NCBI RefSeq assembly: GCF_006345805.1
Contig: NW_021837035.1
Location: 1 to 64,000, forward strand
DNA from: Octopus sinensis
Lineage: Eukaryota
Length of the DNA: 64,000 nucleotides
Direction: 5' to 3'
The translations under genes and the position numbers were made by a program. The number at the start of each line of letters is the position of its first letter. Position 1 is the first letter of the stretch. Shown piece after piece: positions 11,850 to 26,022 of the stretch. The notes under the pieces are model-generated. The model worked only from the letters and a program-made list of their open reading frames with translations. It searched no databases and was not told the origin of the DNA.

Positions 11850-13200
11850 TGTTCAGAAATTATGCCTTGCCTTTGCTAAAGACTAAACCAAATTATAGCC
11901 AATTCTTCAATTCAGTTGACATCTTTATTGATCTCAGTACTCTTCTACTTGATGCTTGGAAGGATAATGGCACTCTTGATACACAGAATATCAATTGGTT
12001 GGTTGCTTTGTTACTTTTTGCATGTAGAAAATAGCAATAACACGAGGTTTTATAAATTGAGATTTTTTTTTTAGTCTTCGCTATTATTTATTACTATTAC
12101 ATTTCCTTTTGTTTTTATGCAGATAGAAGGTAATTGTAAGGAAAAGTATCATGTTTTACATGAAAGATTGTTTTCCAGTTTACAGAGGTTCTTACATAAA
12201 ATGGATTTTCTGCAGGTAATGTTTGTATCAAGAAATGGTTTATAACTCTTGCCTTCTATCCATAGAAAAAAAAGTTGATAGAATTTATCAGTTACAATTG
12301 TTCTATAGAAATATACAACATTAACTATTGCAGCTGAAGTTAGTGGTAGAGTCCCTCGAACAATGCAAATCATGATACTAATATTTCACCCTTTACAAAT
12401 GGCTGTATTTATGATATTTAGGATCTATATTTGTATTGCGAGCTTTCATTGCCCAACCAAATATACCCCTGTTAGTTTTGAATACCAATAGAGATTTGTT
12501 TTGACTTAGTGTTTTCTCTTGATATGATTCTACGTAATATATGCGAAATTCATATTCGCACTATTTTCTATATGTTGTGTATGTTTATGACCGGAAATGA
12601 CTCTGACGAAATTAGCATTAATTGTTTAGGTCGTTCAACTTTTCTCAATCTATCAGGACGAATATGTAAATCTATCAATAACGAACCTATAATGAATACT
12701 GGAAACAGCCGTAAGCCAAATTTACTACAATAAAGAAATGTGCAATGACCATTATTTATCCCTTGTCTGCGCATTCTTTTCGAAAATATATTATAGTTTG
12801 CTGGTACTTTGGTACTAGTCCCAATGGTATTCTCTGGTGGTACTAGCCAACAATATCGATTACTGTAACCTCCTTGTCTTCTATTGTTTCATAGAATAGA
12901 ACAGTTGCCTAACTATTTGAGACATTTTCTGGTATTTACGTATATCATTTCCGTTGGTACTAGAAATATTAAACGTCCGAGTTTTATAATTCTGGTTTAA
13001 CTTTAAATATATGAAAACCACAAGTCTACCATACATATTTTCTTATTCACTCTTGTCTAAGACTAGACAGCCAGAAATCATATGAATATGCGTTGTGGTT
13101 ATTTATTTTATTCGACATCATTGCGCGTAGTTAATACTTTCTAGGGGGACATCAATGATTATGGGCTACAACAGAGAAATAAAACATAATCGGTTTCAGT
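11850..13200 (-). mobile_element. Probable highly degraded Penelope-like (PLE) reverse transcriptase fragment
   Basis: Minus-strand remnants in the expected order but across frameshifts: DKEVTVID (ADKG..V..D-like), an AM-containing motif near 12450, FFLWIEGKSYKPFLDTNI followed by TSVNWKTIF (PFLD..I / TSVYRKPT-like), and a KN(+1)GY motif near 11900. Recognised by eye only. Confidence 0.4.
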
Positions 13201-13971
13201 TTTGAGTCCTGCATTTCTCATCCAAACATTTGATACTTTATTTTTATCCATTTCCCCCATTTAGTTTTGTAGGCATTATTTTTGTAATGCATTTTATATT
13301 TGGTTTTTGCTTCTGCAAAAATAATCTTCCATTATTCGTTAAATTATCTTTTTCTTTTATAGGAGATAGTTATATGTTGTATTTTTTATTTGCAGCGGCT
13401 TCTTACTTTTCTATATGCGTGGTAAAGTTTTGTAAAGGGTTGCTCTACATGCCGTCAAAGATTTTCTGTTTTCCGTTTCTATCTTGTATTACTAATTCAT
13501 TTAGCCACCATTTCAAAATGCTTTAGCAATAACTAACAATTACGAAAACTAGATTATTGATGCGTATTATCTTCATTTTAAATGTTCATGGAATGTATAT
13601 GTAATATTCTATAACCCTACGCTATTGGTGTGCTTTTTCTTTTCCTAAACTGATTACTTTTTTGCAAATTATTTGCAAATTAGTGTTATATTAATTATCT
13701 TTTCTCCGTTTCATTACCTGGTTTCATATTGGTGTTTTGAGTAATTATTCACCCTTCCAATGTTAACTGCTATATATATATATATATACATTTTTCATAG
13801 CATATCTTCAGGTAAATGACAGTAATATTTCTATTAGAGATTCGATTCTTTTTATCATATGCAGTGGACATGTTTGGTTCAACCATAAACAAAATTAGTT
13901 TAATTATCAGCCCTTTGAATTTGTACTGGAGTCCACTCTGCTGTGACGCAGCGAGTATATGTGGTGAAACG

Positions 13972-14158
13972 TATTTCTTTACTACCCGCAAGGGGCTAAA
14001 CATAGAGAGGACAAACAAGGACAGACACACGGATTAAGTCGATTAGATCGACCCCAGTATGCAGCTGGTTATTTAATTCATCAATCTCGAAAGGATGAAA
14101 AGCAAAGTCGACCTCGGCGACAGACGAAATACCGCAAAGCATTTCGCTCGGCACTAAC
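13972..14158 (-). mobile_element. tRNA-derived SINE, 'OK-like' family, with internal deletion
   Basis: Matches 23212-23403 (ACAAACAAGGACAGAC...GTCGAT...CGACCCCAGT...AAGGATGAAA.GCAAAGTCGACCTCGGCG) but lacks the GAATTTGAACTCAGAACGTAG block. Confidence 0.8.
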
Positions 14159-14234
14159 AGGAAAGTAACACCGGTAGACTCTTCCTAGGTAATTTCAATC
14201 CCAATGACGATATGAATAGTCTGATGTTATTAAT

Positions 14235-15005
14235 ATTATTTTTATTATTCAGTCGTTTTAATTTTAACACATGTATTCACTACACTAACGAGCGCTGATT
14301 TATGTGCCTTGGGTACATGCTGCGCTTCGGTGTAGAGCTCTTATTTTCACTGTATTGAAAGTGTTTTATTTAGACTGTGCGCGGTGCCAATTAGTGCTGT
14401 TTTCTGTATGTTATGTAAGTCCTGGTGTTTTGGTTACGTATTTGTCTGAATATTTTTTATCATACCTATGCACCTACTATGATAGTAATTGCAACCTGTT
14501 TTCAGGATCCACATTCGGGTTACCTCTATTTCCAGGTCTTGTGTTTTGAAAGTTTCTGTTTCTTTTAGAGAAACATTGTAATCTGTTGGTATTGATATGT
14601 CGATTAGAAAGTATTTTTCTCGATGATATATGGCAACTATGCCCGGCGCATTTCCCTTAATTTCTATATCTATGTGTATTGGCAATCCCAGAGTATGGTT
14701 GCTTTCTAATTTTCTATGACCTTTTCTGGCGTGTGCCTATACCATCTTTTTTTATCTGCTGTGATACCATAGAGTTGCATAGACTCCAGTGTATATAGGT
14801 CTTACCTCTCTCATATCTGTAAATATATCCTCCTAGCCAGGACTGGGCAGACAGCGACAATATTATTTATCGCTTCTTCCCTATCTCCACATATTCTGCA
14901 GTTACTTGTATTTTATTCATTACATGCTTGTTTTTTAGGATTTCTGGTGGGAAGGCTTTGATCTTGTGCTGCAATTAAAAATCTCTCACCCTTTACTTTC
15001 AGTCA
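14235..15005 (-). mobile_element. R4/Dong-clade LINE 3' fragment, same family as 7435-9410
   Basis: Minus strand gives FLIAAQDQSLPT, CPVLA, RWYRHTPEKVIE, MPIHIDIEIK, YFLIDISIP, DLEIEVTRMW. The 3' UTR matches 9290-9400. (TTA)n follows at 15015-15140. Confidence 0.85.
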
Positions 15006-15037
15006 TATAATTACCTTCATCATCATCATCATCATCA

Positions 15038-15110
<73 letters not shown>

Positions 15111-15164
15111 ATTATTATTATATTATCATTATTATCATTATGTTTCGTGTCATTCATTTGTTAT

Positions 15165-17410
15165 ATTCGAGCTCTCCCAAGTCTCAACGAGTGACCTGTA
15201 TGAACAGCATGTTAGACAATTTACTGCAGATTTTCTGTATGTTAGTAATGATATTTCAGAGAGAGAAGACCAAATATTAAGAATAGTATTTTTTGTAATT
15301 TTTGCGATTTAGTAAGATGTCAAAATATTCACATATTCTCAGGTTGACAGTATTTTTTCGTATGATGACATTTGTACTCATGAGAACAACTTTCTAGGGT
15401 TCTCTTAATTTTCCAGGTCTTCTGGTATTTCATCGAAGAATTTAAGAACCACATTTGATAATACCCACGAAACTTCTATCACCACAGGTACAGTTTTGAT
15501 TTTTAGGAACCACATTTTCGTGACCTCGGTTTCATTAGATTTGTATTTAGTTTTTTAAAGTATTCAGTTATCTTGCAATCCGCTGGGGTGGATATATGTA
15601 TGAGCAAACGTTTTGTCAGCATGATCTTTCACTACAACATCTGATCTATGTTTCTGGATAGCTCGATCATTATACATAATAAAATCCCTAAGAAGGATAA
15701 TATATATATTTTCTACTACATTGATAGTCTTATGTTCCTATCAATTTTTTCTCACATGAGAGTTCAAATTTACGGTATATGATCCAACTCAAATACTGAA
15801 GATGTCTTTCATGCCGATTAGCATACGCAGTTGAGGCAAACAAACAGCAGCCAAAGATGAGTTGCTCAATTATTTCTCTGGTTGTAGTACAAAAGCAACT
15901 AGAATGATCAGCACCATTTTTAAGAATGCTGGCTTGATAATTTCTTGTGGGAAGACACTGATCTTGAAGCTCTCCATTTTGGTTTAAGATACACATCCAG
16001 TTATCTCAGATTTGTATCGACATTAGAATCACAGACCCCTGTATGGTATTTATAATTTAATGTCTAATCCTTTGGTTTCTGTCTTTGGTGACACTTGCAG
16101 CTGCATAAGTTCACGTCCTCCATCCTTTCGAGGGATGTTTAGTGTGTTTACATTTGCCTTTTTTTGTGATGTGTGTAGCGTAACGTGAGAAACTTATGTA
16201 ATTGCTGTTTCAATATTATTTATCGCATTGGCGGACAATTTTTTAGTGTTAAAAACGCACATCCCTAAATATACAATAGCATTCTTTCCGTATTTACTTA
16301 GATCAGATTTCCGAGAGTTTTCTTTAAGTAAGCGGGCGATTGTTTTATCAGCTGTGTATCGTGTATCCATATATGGTGTCATTTAGCAGCTTAATTAGGA
16401 GAATGAAAGCCATGCAAAGAAATTTTTTAATATAAATGCTTATATAGATTATTTGTATACAAAAGCTTATATAAATTATTTATATGAAAACGTTTACATA
16501 CATTGGTTGTGGAAATGTCACCAGAGTTCATAAAATTCGATGTTATAACTGTCTTCTTGTGCTTCATATTATTTGATAGAAAATTACTAATAACCGGAGG
16601 GTATTTATAAATTTCCAAGGATTTCCTAATTCCACAATGCGGAAGGCTGTCAAACGCTTTTTTTACAATCAATTCATGCACTGGAAAGTAATGTTTATAT
16701 ATTACTATGAAACCTCAGTATCTTCGTTTTTACAGGAATAACTTGAAAAGATAGAAGGTATAGTCCTATACTCAAGCCATTTTATTAAACATTGAGTGAT
16801 TGGGACTCGCTTGACATGTGTCGAAAGTTTCATATTTAGTTCCACTTGTTAGCTGAAGATCTATCTTTACACAAACGTATGGTAACATTTGCGCTCCTAG
16901 GTTATTTACTTACCACTCTTATTCTGTATATTTTGTAAATAGTTACACTTACACTTTTACAAATCTTGCTTCTGAAAATGATTTAATGTTTTAAGAACTT
17001 ACGCATTGTTTCCTTCTAACTTTCCAGTAACCCTATGCCAACATAATTCATTATCTACCATGCTGGGTTTTTTTTTTCTCTTTTTTTGCTGTTTAGCATG
17101 AGAGCATTTTTCACTGAATAGTCTTTTGATAGACCTTTCCCAAACGTCGGTTTTGATGCATTATATAACTAGAACTATATCATATGATGTCTCTCACAAT
17201 TTTAGAGCAATATATATTTTAAGAGGTTTGCTTAACGCTTACAGCAGGTCATTTGGTCCTGCATAGACCCAACGTTATTAGGGTGATTGTGTATCAGATT
17301 CTCTATAGCACTGGACTGAATTTATTTCAGTATTTAATTCTCCTTGCGATCACATTTTGAAATTAATCTTCCCACCTTTCACATTTTAAATCGCAAAATG
17401 TTGTCTGGGG
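15165..17410 (-). mobile_element. Older, degraded R4/Dong-clade LINE of a second subfamily (RT + knuckle + RLE)
   Basis: KKAFDSLPH (RT motif), LQDQCLPTRNYQ, HERHLQYLSWIIYRKFEL, a PADCKITEYF/DLKTKYKSNETEVTKMWF-like RLE end, and a C-terminal ITNIQKI. Many stops; the 5' boundary is approximate. Confidence 0.75.
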
Positions 17411-18609
17411 GAAAATAAGTACTTATAATATACTAGAGATTGTTACACACTACTACTCCTCTACCAATCTGTTGATTTGGACCGAAGCTAGACATCATTA
17501 CTTTCAATAATCGAGCTGTCGTATGATTAATGATGTTTCATATAATGTATCTAAGACAACTCTCTCCAACGTGTGTGTCCTTTATTGTGAAAGGTATTAT
17601 TGTTCATATCTCTAACAGGGCATGTCACCACAAAGGAGCTCCGTAGGCGGGACAGGGATTGTACAGCATTTTACGGGAGTGTTTTAAAATACAAAACGCG
17701 TCTGCTGTAACTACATATTTGCACTTCTACTATAATTGAATATTCAGGTATATGTTGGATAACTTAGTTTTCACAATTATATTTTCCCCATATGCCAGGT
17801 CTGTTGGCCGGTGCCATTTTATATTTGGAGCAATTATATATGTGTATTGGTGTAAGCATCTTAGAGTGTGCGTGAATGTATGCAGATGAGTGTACATGCG
17901 TACGTGTGTGTGTGCGTATATGGCCTTTACAAATTTAAGAAATATTTTGGGAACGAGAAAAATATGTTACGCTCCTGTTGACATGGAAACAAAATTATTC
18001 CATAAATCTAATGAATTGAAACATCTGGCCGTAAGCTGATATTGTGAATTAGGCTGCGCTGCTCTGGTGTATATTAATATGTTAGCTTATATTAAAAGAC
18101 GACTCATTCAATTTTTTTCTGCTTCCGTAGTCTGTTAAAAAGAAATGGTACCATTTGCGAAAAACGTTACTTCTCTATCAGTGACAATGATTAGATTACA
18201 CGTTAGTGAAGCAGATTTTTAATTTTACATAATTCGAGGTCTTTAATTCCAGCAATAGAAACATTGATTTTATATATATGTTCCATAATTTCAGAATGGA
18301 TAAAATTTCGTCTCAAGCTGATTCAATTAATCAAATCAAATCATAATAAGTCAGAAATACCTAAAATAGTTGCTAGTTAACAACTAGTCTACAAGCTTAT
18401 TACTGTCTAACTTAATAGTTTGCGGTGGTCATTTTATTACTGTGGATAAAGGTTTCATGCATTACCGAAATGGAATTCTTTGAAAATTAGATATGTGAAA
18501 TGTAAAGAACAAGCAAATCGAGATATATGAACTTTTATGTGATCATGTACACACACACACACATACAGACACACGCATATGAATGTATCTTTGTATAATT
18601 CTATATGCA

Positions 18610-18647
<38 letters not shown>

Positions 18648-18996
18648 TATGTATGTACGTATATATATATGCATGAGTTATGTGTATGAATCATTGTACG
18701 TATACACATATGTTCAAAGATATGTTCAGTCATAAATAAACACATGATCACACAAATTTATACAACATATAAACGCACGCTTATATGCACGTATCATAAT
18801 GGCATACGTTCAGAATAGTGGATATAAACAAATTATTTTTACGGTTTAATGTGAACATGAATTTGATATTGCCTTTGTTATATTTATACTACAGCATTAA
18901 TGGTAAATAAAAATTACACACACACACACACACTCATATATATATATATGTATGTATATATGTATGCATATATATATGTGTGTGTGTGTGTATGTA

Positions 18997-19054
<58 letters not shown>

Positions 19055-19704
19055 TCTGATTTTTTATTTATTTTTGCTTTTCTCTTCCTTAACTTGTCTA
19101 TGCAGAAGAACAGTAACAATAGAGACTCAAAGACGAAAAAATTAATGATAATAATAATAATGATGATAATAATAATAATATAATAATAATAATAATCTCA
19201 TACAACCACACTTCTATGATTCCATATTTTGCTTAGCAAAATAATGATCTAAATGCGTTATTTTTTTCTTTTACATTTGATCATTACTGTTATTGTTGTT
19301 GTTGTTGTTGTTTTATTAATATTGTTACTACTGTTGTTGTTGATATCATTCTTGAAATCTATCCATGCAGATGGATATTACTGGAATATTCTTTAGGGTA
19401 GATTTGTATATTGATGCGTTGGCTCTGAATGATCTGCCTATTGTCCTATGCAAAAAAAAAATTAAAGTTATTGTTATCAATATCTATATAGATACTTCTG
19501 AAGCAGATTATGTTTTGTAAATACCAGTTCTTTCGTAACTTAACGGCTAAATAAAAGGAAGATAATTCCAAAAATATGCCTTGAATAGATAAATGCAAAA
19601 ATCACACAATAAATTGACATAGAGAGCACTCATCACACAAATACACAAATTATTATACATATATACACGCATAAAATTATGTGTGTTTGTGTATACATAC
19701 GTAC

Positions 19705-19753
<49 letters not shown>

Positions 19754-20582
19754 TGTGTCTGTGTCTGTGTCTGTGTGTGTACGTATGTATGTATATATAT
19801 ACATATGAACACATGCACATTTGTGTGTATTTGTGTGTGTGTTTCTACGCTTGTGTGTATGACGCTTGTGTGTATATTAAAACATTATAAGATATGCACT
19901 TCCATAATTGTGTGTAATAACGCATCTATAGTAACACCCTGTTGGACATAATTAGGCAAAGTAAGCATTTTCTGTAAGGATCTAATTTGCATTATTGGTA
20001 CTTTGATTACTTGTTTTTTTTTTTCTAGGTTACAATAATACTTCTAGGGTATAATCGATGATACATATCAGAGTACTTCATTTATCAACTTGAATATCTG
20101 TTATCGATCACGTGGGATGGGAAATGAAAGGCAACATGTACCTACACAGATTTTTAATTCAAAATTTTAAGAGAGTTATCTAAACAACAAATTATTTAGT
20201 CCAACAGTTTATTGTGCCTGATATTCACCACCATTTCGAAAGGAAAATAATAAGCATATGTATAATTCATCACGTAGAGGTTAATTACAATACTTAACTG
20301 TCACCAACATCAACATCACACTCATCACAAACATCACCATCATGATAATAGTTATTGTATAAATATACTCTAACCCTGTCTCCCTCTCTCTTTCTTTATT
20401 TCTCACTCCCATTCCGTTTGTAAGTTACTCTTTCTAAATTCAAAGTTTCGACTGTAGCTCAATTCACACAAATACGCAAATTTTGTAGTGAATTCTAGCG
20501 AAGCAAGAATTTATGTAACACAACTGTTAAGATTAACAGCGTTTTCAGTGTGGATGTGTTCAGTTTTCAGTAGATTTATATA

Positions 20583-20799
20583 CAGTAATTCCTCGCCGTG
20601 TCACAGTTCACCTATCATGGTTTATTAATTAACCGTACGTCGATTCCTACGTTGTGTTGTTTTTCATTCATAATAAAATAAATATATGCAAATTATAAAA
20701 ATAATTTTAAAATATATACAGTGCTGCTTCTACTTCGCGGATTTCTACCTATCATGGAGTTTTGGGAACGTAACACCCACGATTGTTGAGGGATTACTG
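20583..20799. mobile_element. Tigger/pogo-like (Tc1/mariner) MITE, 217 bp
   Basis: TA|CAGTAATTCCTCG... at 20581-20595 and ...GAGGGATTACTG|CA at 20788-20801. The internal ACTTCGCGGATTTCTACCTATCATGGAG..GGAACGTAACACCCACGAT resembles Tigger-type subterminal sequence (from recall). Confidence 0.75.
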
Positions 20800-23211
20800 C
20801 ATATTGATTCATTACATATTAATTAAATCAGATATGATCTTTGTGCAATCAAGACAAATGCTCTGTCAATCATTATCTGTGTTGTGGGTAGTTAATGATT
20901 ACTTTCTTTAGAAGCATATGTTGCATCTATTGTATCCGGATAGATCTGAGTTATATGAATAACTAGAACACTTAGAAACAACATAATGACACACCAACTA
21001 TATCACTTTTAAAGTATAATTTCTACGGATCTCAAACAAAACTGGTGTGGAAATGGCAGACAAATTACAACTGATTCACTACAGTTCATTTAATGGGCAT
21101 GCCTTTTATCGGTGCTGCATTATTTGTAATGCCGAACTGGCTCAATATGGCATCGAACTTGAAACTATATGATTATGAAAAAAAATTTAAGCAGATAGTT
21201 ATTTCAATTTTCAGTTAAAACTAGATGTGATTTGCTGACTGCATTCGCAAGGGAATATCCATCAACAAATATACATGGTGTAAAATGTTGCTAATATGAT
21301 TTCGTAATAAGCAAATAAATATATGCATATAATTTGAAACAAAAATGACAAATGTGAAGGAAACGTTCATAATTTAGTCATCCTACCCTTGCAATATTAC
21401 AAGAAATTTATCGAATTTCTTTTTACAGTTGCTTTGCAAAAGGAAAAAGAAAAAAGAAAATTACTCAAATTTAGAAGAAGAGACTGTTAGATCAAATTTA
21501 GTATATTGCCCTTACAAAAGGATTAATGAAAGATTTTGATGAGCCACGATAGGAGATATGTCAGATATTTAAATACTATACTACTTGTGGAAATGGATAT
21601 GATTTTATTGTTAAGTGTATACTACGCTATGTGGTAGTGCAAATTGATTATGAATGTTAAATGAAATAGACAGGCTTAGGAAAACGTATTAGAATATCCT
21701 AGTGCATTCGACTTAATTTAAAATAGTTGCTGTAAATATTACCAACTGCTAATTATTGTACTTCAAATTTTAATTTTGGTGCCTTTCTGACATTGCAATT
21801 GAACCCTAATTAGTCAGGCCGATATTCCATACAAAGCAACCGCTTGAAGGACTTCAACATTAGAGATAGGGATATATTTCTGCTATAATTATGTGGAATT
21901 AGTTAACATGAATCGTAGCGTGATGAAGAAGTTCGCTTCGTTTTCATGTTGTTTTGGGCTTAATTTCACAACATGGCATCTAGGAACACTTTATATAAAT
22001 TCGGATTGAACACTACTTTGAATCTAATTTGAAAAGTAGAAACCGTGAAAAGACCTGATTCATGTATGTGTATGTGTGTGTGTGTATTATATATTACAGA
22101 GGAGTCTATGTAATATTTTCTTAGCTGAGATTACTACAGATAACGCAAAAGTCGGACAGTTTTATACCCACTCATTTAGCAAATAGATGGGTTATTCTCA
22201 TAACAATCATCAGTATCAGTGTGTGCAATTTTATGTGTGCTAGTGATTAGCACAATAGATATCTATTGCTAAGTTGTTGTTTTTTTTTACAAAAACGTTA
22301 AGTTTATCTTTCGATAAAAGCGATCAATAGCAGACTATGATCGTTAGGTAATTGACTAAAAAGCCTTGAAGGCGATGGCCTACCATAGATGCAATTCAAG
22401 GGCTGAAACCACAAAAAAGAAATCAATGGTGAAATAATTACTATGATAATCGTCTTCCTGTGTATTATGCGGAGACATTAGTTTGGTCTACATAAACATT
22501 TTAAAAAAGGAGAATGAATATGCATTGAATTTTTACAAATTGGTGTTGTCAGGTGTTAGACATTGGTTGAGCAGTGATTAAAAAGTTCAGAGAATGGAAA
22601 TCACTGAAAAAACTGTTTATGTGTCTGAATTGATTTATACAGCTTTCTTATTATATGGCCTCCTTAGATTATTGATGACAGGAATAGAACTTACGTCGAA
22701 CTCATGTTATAGATAGAAAACATAGATTAGACGTTCTTACAGTATATTTCCAATTAACACGGATCGAGCAGACCTACGATTGAAAATGTTCTGGCTATAA
22801 CAGTTTATTTTCTGTTTTGATTATTTGGTTGCAGTGAATGTAGGACCACATTTTTTAAAGCTATCGGAGAGCAGGATGTTCTTCAAAGGAGATATAGTGA
22901 GTATTTCTAGCTCGTTCAGCAGATATAAATTCCTTTATTTTTAAAACGCAAACAGTCTTCAACTGTAAGTGAACATGATTTAGTATTGTGGGCCGTACTT
23001 CCACTAACTGCGTCAGGTACCTACGTACTCGGGAGTAGACTAGTCAGATTCTTGGCCCTAGTGGAACATTGTGGATGTGACATGTAGAGATGAAGGCCTG
23101 CATCAATATGGGGCTGATACGCATGACAGTGGAGTAGACTTGAGAAACGTAAACATGTACTGAGCCTGTTGCCAGGTCCTGTAGGTGAATCCACAACTTC
23201 ACAGCCCTTGT

Positions 23212-23403
23212 ACAAACAAGGACAGACAAACGGGTTAAGTCGATTATATCGACCGCAGTGCGTAACTGGTACTTATTTAATTGACCCCAAAAGGATGAAA
23301 GGCAAAGTCGACCTCGGCGGAATTTGAACTCAGAACGTAGCGGCAGACGAAATACTGCTAACTATTCCGCCCGGCGTGCTAACGTTTCTGCCAGCTCACC
23401 GCC
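23212..23403 (-). mobile_element. tRNA-derived SINE, 'OK-like' family, best copy
   Basis: Minus strand begins GGCGGTGAGCTGGCAGAAACGTTAGCACGCCGGGCG...GTTCTGAGTTCAAATTCCGCCGAGGTCGACTTTGCC (A/B-box-like). Four copies in the window. Confidence 0.85.
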
Positions 23404-23615
23404 TTAGAAGAATCGAATATTGTTTTTGTCAAAGGATCAGTTGATCAAGTCATTCTGAATGAAATATTTCAATATTTCACATATAAAACCGTGCTGATAT
23501 CCTTCATATATTTTGACAAATACACATGAGACCAAACGCATCTATAGATATGTACACATGCGGGCACACACTCACACACGTAAATGTGCATGCATAATGT
23601 ATATATATATATTAT

Positions 23616-23862
23616 TTGTTTCAGTCATTTGACTGTGGCCATGCTGGAGCACCGCCTTTAATCGAACAAATCGACCCCATGATATATTCTTTGGATGCCT
23701 AGTACTTATTATATAGGTCCCTTTTGCCGAACGGCTAAGTTACGGGTGCGTAAACACACCAGCATCGGTTGTCAAGCGATGTTGGGGGGGACAAACACAG
23801 ACACAAACATATACACACACATACACACACACACACATATATATATATATACATACATACAA

Positions 23863-23945
<83 letters not shown>

Positions 23946-24090
23946 CATACAAATATACGACGGGCTTCTTTCAGTTTTCGTCTACCAAATCCACTCACAA
24001 GGCTTTGGGCGGCCCGAGGGTATAGTAGAAGACACTTGCCGAAGGTGCCACCATGTGGTTCGTAAGCAAGCTACTTACCACACAGCCACT
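23616..24090 (-). mobile_element. tRNA-derived SINE with an internal (TA/TG)n tract (octopus OR-type from recall)
   Basis: Head GAGTGGCTGTGTGGTAAGTAGCTTGCTTAC, body GTGGATTTGGTAGACGAAAACTGAAAGAAGCCCGTCGTAT, tail AAAGGCGGTGCTCCAGCATGGCCACAGTCAAATGACTGAAAC. Shared with 25490, 47104, 58226, 59265 and 62212. Confidence 0.88.
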
Positions 24091-24146
24091 CATATAAAGA
24101 TAGAGAGAGATAGTGTATGTGTGTAAGCGCGTGCGAATTTCTATAT

Positions 24147-24335
24147 CTGTTTCTCCCCCACCGCCGCTAGACGACCGGTGTGAGTGTGTTTACGTTCCCG
24201 TATCTTAGCTGACCGACATAAGCGACAAACAGAATAAGTTCCGTGCTTTACAAGAAATAAGTACTAGCGTCCGTTCATTGGACTAAAATTCTCCGAGGCA
24301 GTGCCATAGTATTGGTATAATACTAATGACTAATA
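24147..24335 (+). mobile_element. Diverged 3' half of the same SINE family
   Basis: CCGCTAGACGACCGGTGTGAGTGTGTTTACGTTCCCGTATCTTAG...GAAATAAGTACT...GACTAAAA matches the SINE body after the microsatellite. Confidence 0.65.
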
Positions 24336-24545
24336 CATACATATATATACTTATACATTTACCTCGACTGACATACCTTGCAGTGTTTAATTCTTCGCGA
24401 GTTGCCTCCTTTGGCACCAAATATCAACGCTGTCGTTAAAACTGATGATATCAGTGAAATATCAAAGTACTGTGAGATACCTGAAGGCAGTGTGAAGGTA
24501 TACTGCTGATAAAGTGGATTCATCATTTGGACTATACAATAAAGG

Positions 24546-25448
24546 AATTATTGAAAATGGATTATATCAATTGAGAAGCGAGTCACGCTTTTGAGAATTC
24601 CTTTCTAATATTATTCTACGGGCGCTGGATACTTTTGTATTCCTGTGGTTCTTCATATTATTTTAAGATGTCTTTTATGTTATTGTCTAGCTTCTGATCA
24701 GACACGATTCAGTAGGCCTCTGACTTAAGGCGTTGGTGTGTCTGCAGCAGCGTGAGTCACTGGCCATCCTCCGCGGCAACGCCATCGTAGACACTACCGA
24801 AGAACGTTACTGAACACATCCTCATCTCCATTTTCTGCCGCTATAACTCCACTATGTCATTCTTTTCCTTTTGTATCTTTATTTTCTTCAGTTTCTTTTT
24901 ATCTAGATGTTATAATTTAAGATGTGACTTGTTGTGTAATGGACAGTAGAAATAAAAGAAAAATTGGTACAGTTTAAATTCTTAACTATTTTGACTAGTT
25001 CCAATGTATCGCCTGTCTTGGACTACGTTATCCAAAGAATCCTGCCACCGTTATCATAATGATACGGTGAGTTTGAATGCAATCTCAGTATTATACCTAC
25101 CAAGTTAAATAACCTCGCAGCCGTATCTTTATCTGGACGTGTATGTCAAACTAGATTTAATATGTACTTATATTGTCATTATATTATATGATACAGTCTA
25201 AAATACACGATGCTCCACAAAGGAAAGATGAGATGACCCCAGGTTAAATAATTTTTTAGTATAATTCTGTTTGTCAGCGTTTGACAGACAGCTATGGGAT
25301 AGCAAATACTCTTGAAGCAAAGGAAATCAGCTGCTTCATATAGAATACATTATATTTTTACTTCAATAAATAAGTATATTATTTGAAAAAGAACAAAAGA
25401 AGTTTCCCTCACCAGCTACGTCAATATTCTGGTGACTTGTTCAGTGCT
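24546..25448 (+). repeat. Left arm of a long inverted duplication (partner 26671-27535)
   Basis: Collinear reverse-complement match along the whole arm, roughly 85-90% identical by eye. Examples: AATTATTGAAAATGGATTATATCAATTGAGAAGCGAGTCACG vs 27494-27535; GACTTGTTCAGTGCT vs AGCACTGAACAAGTC at 26671. Confidence 0.92.
24575..24963 (+). mobile_element. 3' fragment of a CRE-like (RLE-type) non-LTR element inside the left arm; inverted copy at ~27125-27510
   Basis: Degenerate translation YSTGAGYFCIPVVL... and LQQRESLAILRGNAIV (QRLSxAIxRGNA C-terminal motif), followed by a 3' UTR and an A-rich tail AAATAAAAGAAAAA at ~24950-24963. Confidence 0.5.
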
Positions 25449-25489
25449 GAAATTTCTAAAAATATTCGCTACTCTACATATTTTACGTA

Positions 25490-25868
25490 GGAGCGGCTGT
25501 GTGGTAAGTAGCCTGCTTACGAACAACCACATGGTTCCGGGCTCAGTCCCATTGCATGGCACCTAGAGCAAGTGTCTTCTACTATAGCCTTGGGCCGACC
25601 AAAGCCTTGTGAGTGGATTTGGTAGACGGAAACTGAAAGAAACCTGGCATGTATGTATGTATATATATATATATGTATATGTGTGTGTGTGTGCATAAGT
25701 TTGTGTGTCTGTGTTTGTCCCACCAATATCGCTTGACGACCGATGATGGTGTGTTTACGTCCCCATAACTTAGCGGTTCGGCTTACAAAGAATAAATTCT
25801 GAGGTCGATTTGCTCGACTAAAGGCGGTGCTCCAGCATGGCCACTGTGAAATGACTGAAACAAGTAAA
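25490..25868 (+). mobile_element. tRNA-derived SINE, same family as 23616-24090
   Basis: GGAGCGGCTGTGTGGTAAGTAGCCTGCTTAC...GGTTCCGGGCTCAGTCCC head; internal microsatellite; ...GGCGGTGCTCCAGCATGGCC...GACTGAAACAAGTAAAA tail. Confidence 0.88.
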
Positions 25869-26022
25869 AAAATATATATGATTTTAGCATTTCGTAGATC
25901 AGTTCGGTATTTTTCCTTTACTTCCGACTGAAACAGCGCTTGTGCGGTGAATTTGAAAAGTTATAACATATAATGATGAGATACGTGTTATTTGTCTCTA
26001 AATTATATGTTAATGTCATGGC

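Noticed and set aside
24440-24480. Other CTGA(T/A)GA...GAAA word pairs (24443, 3112, 29175 minus, 44655 minus)
   Set aside because: Stem II cannot be formed, so these are consistent with chance occurrences in AT-rich DNA.
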